A DNA stretch of 64,000 bases, from assembly GCA_965217865.1 (NCBI GenBank), contig CBDCJO010000002.1, positions 1,856,001 through 1,920,000 of the forward strand, read 5' to 3'. The position numbers were made by a program, and so were the translations under genes. Positions 60,140 to 64,000 of this stretch are shown here, piece by piece. The DNA is from Candidatus Latescibacterota bacterium (GTDB taxonomy: Bacteria > Latescibacterota > UBA2968 > SICM01). A model generated the notes under the pieces. The model searched no databases. It was given only the letters and a program-made list of their open reading frames with translations, and was not told the origin of the DNA. Numbering within the stretch: the first letter of the stretch is position 1; the number at the start of each line of letters is the position of its first letter.

Positions 60140-60790
60140 GTGCGAGGGTTCTTCATCACCTTCGAAGGAATCGATCGAAGTGGAAAATCCACCCAGGCAG
60201 ACCTTCTGGCCGAGGGGCTTGCGAGCACAGACCACCAGGTTGTCCACACCTGGCAACCCGGAGGGAGTCCGATCTGTAGTGAAATCGCCCGGCTCATCCA
60301 CGATCGGACCCACTTCGGCCGAATGGATGCGTTCACCGAACTGATGCTCTACATCGCAGATCGGAGCCAGAATGTTCGAGAGGTCATCCTCCCGGCCATC
60401 GGACTCGGAAAAATTGTTTTGTGTGACCGGTACACAGATTCGACGGTAGCATACCAGGGATATGGCAGGGGTTTGAGTTTAGAAACCATCTCATCTTTCA
60501 ATCAAATCGCAACGAAGGGACTCGTCCCCGACCTGACGGTATTCATCGACATTTCGGTCGAAGAAGCCCAACGGAGGGACCTCGAAAATGCTGCCGACCG
60601 GATGGAGATGGAAAAAGCTCCCTTTTTCGAGCGCGTTCGGGAGGGCTACCTGCGCATCGCGGAATCGGATCCCGAACGTGTGAGAGTCCTCGACGGCTGC
60701 AAGCCAGTGGAAAGCATCTCTGAAGAAATTCGGACAATCGTCGATCGGGCGTTGAAGGATATGGGATCGGGGATTGGGGGAAAACAGTAG
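60140..60790 (+). CDS. tmk: Thymidylate kinase
   Basis: FITFEGIDRSGKSTQ, CDRYTDSTVAYQGYGRG, PDLT. Confidence 0.95.
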   Translation: MRGFFITFEGIDRSGKSTQADLLAEGLASTDHQVVHTWQPGGSPICSEIARLIHDRTHFGRMDAFTELMLYIADRSQNVREVILPAIGLGKIVLCDRYTDSTVAYQGYGRGLSLETISSFNQIATKGLVPDLTVFIDISVEEAQRRDLENAADRMEMEKAPFFERVREGYLRIAESDPERVRVLDGCKPVESISEEIRTIVDRALKDMGSGIGGKQ

Positions 60791-60880
60791 CAGGTGGCAG
60801 TGGCAGGAAGACAAAAAGGAAGGGGCCAATATTCAATTCTCCGATATTCAATATTCAATTCCCTTTTGACTGGAGACTCC

Positions 60881-62812
60881 ATGACGACTCAATTCCTTAG
60901 GGTCTCATTTCGGCTGACCCTTCTTGTTGTCCTCCTATCAACACCTCCAATCGTCCCTTCGTTCGCTTCCGGGGAGGAGACCGACCGCTACAGCGAAATC
61001 GAAAAGGGGATTGAACGTCTCGGCCATGTCTACAAGCATCTGCTTGTCAGCTATTACCGGGAGATCAGCCCTGACAAGATCGTCTCGGACGGGATCGAAG
61101 GAATGCTGGGAGACCTTGATCCCTACACACAGTACTTCAGCGAGCATGCTCTCAAACAGCTCAGGATCGATACAAGTGGAAAATTCGGAGGGCTCGGAAT
61201 CACCATCTCCCTCGATTCCAGAACGCGTACGCCCAAGGTGATTACCGTCATCGGAGGAACCCCTGCGGACAGCGCCGGTATGTTGCCCGGTGATCTGATC
61301 GTGGAAATCGACGGGAAATCCACTTTCCGGCAAACCCTCAGGGAGGTCGTCGATCAGCTTCGCGGTGCACCCGATTCCATAGTCCGGATCGCCATCCGTC
61401 GAGAAGGCCTTTCGGACCCGATCCCCCTGGCCATTACCAGGGCACAGATAAAGATCGAAAGCGTTACATATGCCGAGGAGATTGAACCCGGAATCGGATA
61501 CATCCGCATGTCCAGGACCCGTTTTTTGGAGGAGACCGGTCAAGAGGTCGAGGCCTCCCTCCTGAGGCTTCGAGAAAAGGTCTCCAAAGGAGTCATCCTC
61601 GACCTGAGGGGAAATCCCGGGGGCCTTCTTTCGCAGGCCAGAGAAGTATCGGATAAATTTCTAGAACCGGGCCAACTCATCGTCTCGACGAAAGGCCGCA
61701 AACCAGATCAAACCCAGGACTACAAGTCTCACAGTCCGGCCGTCCTCGGGAAGGAGATCCCCCTTATCGTCCTGGTGAATCCCGGAAGTGCCAGCGCTTC
61801 GGAGATTGTTGCCGGAGCGATTCAGGACGCAGATCGGGGATTGATTCTTGGAGAGACAACTTTCGGCAAGGGATCAGTGCAGACCGTGGTGGGAATCGAT
61901 GACGAAACGGCCCTCAAGTTGACCACCGCCCTCTACTACACCCCCTCCGGCCGGAGTATCCATCGGCGATACGGGCGCGCCCATATCAATGTCAACGTAG
62001 ACGATCGAAAATTTCCCGTTCACACACTCATCGATGTCATCAGCAGATCATCGGACCGAACGGAGAGCCGTGAAACCCTTGTCAAGAAATTCGGGTTTTC
62101 ACAATCACAGGCCGATAAGGTCCTGAGTTTCGAACTGGGTAACATGGCGGGCCTTGCTTTAAAGAAGACAGGCAAAGATTCCGGAAAAAAAGAAAAGATC
62201 ACTTATAAAACCGCTGCTGGGAGACCGGTATACGGAGGGGGGGGGATCACTCCGGATGTGGTGATTCAGCGCAAGGAACCGTCTATTCTCTTCTTGAAGA
62301 TGGAAGAAAAGCGGATGTTCCTCACTTTCGCCAGCCATTTTGCGGCTGTGCACCCCGACGTCAAAAAACCATTTGCTGTCGACAGCTCGACCGTGGCTGA
62401 ATTTCGCGCCTTTTTGGCCGACACCACCTGGGGATTCGATTACAAAACCAAATCCGAGAGCAGACTGGATGAAATCGAGAAGAAATTCAAAGATCACGAC
62501 ACGTCGTATGCCACAAAGGCCGCTATTGCCGAACTCCGGAAAACCTGTCGGCAGGAACTGGAATTGGAGTTCCAAGAAGCCGATAGGTTGATCCGTGGGG
62601 CAATAGAACGGAACATCGCTTCTCGTCTATTGGGCACGCGTGCATCCATCGAGGCGGAGATCAGATGGGATGATGGCATTCAAGAGTCGGTTCACATACT
62701 GACGGATCCTGGCGGCTATGCCCGGAAGATGGAATTGGCGGGGAGGAATAACGCGACACACCCGGACAGCTCTCTATCCGATTCATCTCCTCCTGGGTCT
62801 CCCTCAAAATAG
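60881..62812 (+). CDS. S41 family C-terminal processing peptidase with PDZ domain
   Basis: Signal peptide, LDPYT, FGGLGI, LDLRGNPGGLL, SASASEIVAGAIQD, TFGKGSVQ, YYTPSGRSI. Confidence 0.93.
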   Translation: MTTQFLRVSFRLTLLVVLLSTPPIVPSFASGEETDRYSEIEKGIERLGHVYKHLLVSYYREISPDKIVSDGIEGMLGDLDPYTQYFSEHALKQLRIDTSGKFGGLGITISLDSRTRTPKVITVIGGTPADSAGMLPGDLIVEIDGKSTFRQTLREVVDQLRGAPDSIVRIAIRREGLSDPIPLAITRAQIKIESVTYAEEIEPGIGYIRMSRTRFLEETGQEVEASLLRLREKVSKGVILDLRGNPGGLLSQAREVSDKFLEPGQLIVSTKGRKPDQTQDYKSHSPAVLGKEIPLIVLVNPGSASASEIVAGAIQDADRGLILGETTFGKGSVQTVVGIDDETALKLTTALYYTPSGRSIHRRYGRAHINVNVDDRKFPVHTLIDVISRSSDRTESRETLVKKFGFSQSQADKVLSFELGNMAGLALKKTGKDSGKKEKITYKTAAGRPVYGGGGITPDVVIQRKEPSILFLKMEEKRMFLTFASHFAAVHPDVKKPFAVDSSTVAEFRAFLADTTWGFDYKTKSESRLDEIEKKFKDHDTSYATKAAIAELRKTCRQELELEFQEADRLIRGAIERNIASRLLGTRASIEAEIRWDDGIQESVHILTDPGGYARKMELAGRNNATHPDSSLSDSSPPGSPSK

Positions 62813-62826
62813 CAGGGTGGAATTCG

Positions 62827-62861
62827 AAAGCCCGAAGGCGAATGGCCTTCGGGCTTTTTTT
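62827..62861 (+). terminator. Rho-independent terminator
   Basis: AAAGCCCGAAGGC-GAATG-GCCTTCGGGCTTTTTTT. Confidence 0.88.
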
Positions 62862-62921
62862 ATCCCAAGTGTTGCACTTCCTTATTGAACTCGTGAAATC
62901 CGTATTCAGAAATTGAATCCC

Positions 62922-63758
62922 TCAGTTTAGTTTTTTCCGTGGCTGAAGGACGAACCCCTTTTCCGTATTGTGAGCGACGGCCTCCGGAAACTTATCCTCC
63001 AGGTGCTCCATGACCTCTGATATCGGCCATTCACAGCTCAAACACGGGAAAGGAAGTTCACCCGTTTCCCGAAAGGCCGCCCCGTTTCGATCGTGAAATC
63101 CCCCCCTTCGATCGTAAAATTGTCCCCAGTATCCCGCTGTGTAGCAGATCGTGCCTCGCAACCTGGCACTCCGAATCCAGCCATTCGGGAAAAGGGCCTG
63201 GAACCGTGGTGCCGAATTCAGCCAGGAAACACACTGGACGATCTCCATCCCGGGACACCGCTGTGTCGAGTCGTGTAAAAGACGGATCAGAGAGGCCGCA
63301 AATGGAATCCGCATATCGCTCAGGGGCGACCTGGGCTTATAGATATTATAGATGTGAATGCTGAGCCGACCTTCATCCGAATATCCGCCGTCCCAGCATT
63401 CGTACGGCCGTTCATCCTCACCTTTCCCCTGATCCTTATTCTCAAGGAGACGTGCCTCCAGATACGGCCATAGCAGGGCCAGACCTTCCGCTTCGATCAG
63501 CTCGGAATACGGATCGTCCCGATGCCGATCGAATATCCCTTTCACCTGGTCCAGAATCTCCGCCCATCGGGGTCCCACATCGCACCGGAAAGGATGACTT
63601 CTTCCGTCGTAGAGCGAAGTCTTCCGGTAGATGTCCACCCGGTTTACCGCATCGGCGAAAGATATCTCCTCTTCGCGGAGGACCTTGCGTACATACCAGA
63701 GGCTGAGCTTCGTCAGCTCTTTCACAAAGTTGACGCGAATCGGGTCCGGTTGGAGCAT
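62922..63758 (-). CDS. Hypothetical protein
   Basis: 278-aa ORF with a plausible RBS (AAGGAA), convergent on the terminator; no family recognised. Confidence 0.65.
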   Translation of the reverse strand: MLQPDPIRVNFVKELTKLSLWYVRKVLREEEISFADAVNRVDIYRKTSLYDGRSHPFRCDVGPRWAEILDQVKGIFDRHRDDPYSELIEAEGLALLWPYLEARLLENKDQGKGEDERPYECWDGGYSDEGRLSIHIYNIYKPRSPLSDMRIPFAASLIRLLHDSTQRCPGMEIVQCVSWLNSAPRFQALFPNGWIRSARLRGTICYTAGYWGQFYDRRGGFHDRNGAAFRETGELPFPCLSCEWPISEVMEHLEDKFPEAVAHNTEKGFVLQPRKKLN

Positions 63759-64000
63759 CGTTTTCCTTTAGACTGCGGACACGGTCCTCACTTAAAAAAA
63801 CCACAGTGGGATGCCCAGCCTTCTTGATTTTCGAAACCACAACTTGGGTTTCCGTTTGCCGTCTGGGCTTTCACGTTTTACTGACTTTGCACAACCCTAT
63901 AACCGAAACAGCAGCCACTCCTTATCTCCCGCCCGTTTGAATCGAACCAGACAGTAGCGTCCCTTGAACAGCTTGCCGTACAGAACAAACACGATCCGAT

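Noticed and set aside
60828-60862. Short TATTCAAT repeats between tmk and the S41 peptidase
   Set aside because: Too short and low in complexity to assign a function from this window.
1-64000. CRISPR array, rRNA or complete tRNA/tmRNA genes
   Set aside because: No repeat-spacer periodicity or full cloverleaf seen; only short tRNA/tmRNA-like fragments at 25710, 55521 and 55699.

Overview
About 55.7 kb of this window is an accessory region made of what look like two tandem integrative islands; the last ~8 kb are host genes. Island A (window start to ~25.7 kb) is a defence cluster: SNF2 helicase-DUF4391-Type III Mod/Res, an OLD-family ATPase/TOPRIM gene split into two halves by an 898-bp duplication, scraps of a DUF1156/SNF2 restriction-like system, a Hachiman-like nuclease/Ski2-helicase pair, an AlbA_2 (Schlafen-like) regulator followed by an 11-bp repeat array and a SRAP gene, a TM0106 nuclease-helicase and a HelD-like helicase. 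Island B (~25.7-55.7 kb) has DUF2924, a large serine recombinase, ERCC4, a frameshifted RecD2, a primase-helicase with an iteron-like region, a decayed amidoligase/GATase/GGCT module, an intact Type I RM operon with a DUF4062 insert, an IS1595 element (8-bp TSD) carrying a Panacea-type toxin-antitoxin pair, and a second, decayed AlbA_2-array-SRAP module hit by two MITEs. Both islands end in a homologous arm finishing in CCCTCCACCA, which resembles a tRNA/tmRNA 3' end. The most striking pattern is that several defence cargos are bracketed by duplicated pieces of the AlbA_2-SRAP-arm module, and that one 11-bp unit of the array is exactly inverted between the two copies. Host genes follow: GIY-YIG, CDP-alcohol phosphatidyltransferase, ino1, a frameshifted GHMP kinase, tmk, an S41 peptidase and a hypothetical gene. 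All protein family calls come from motif recognition by eye, not from database searches.
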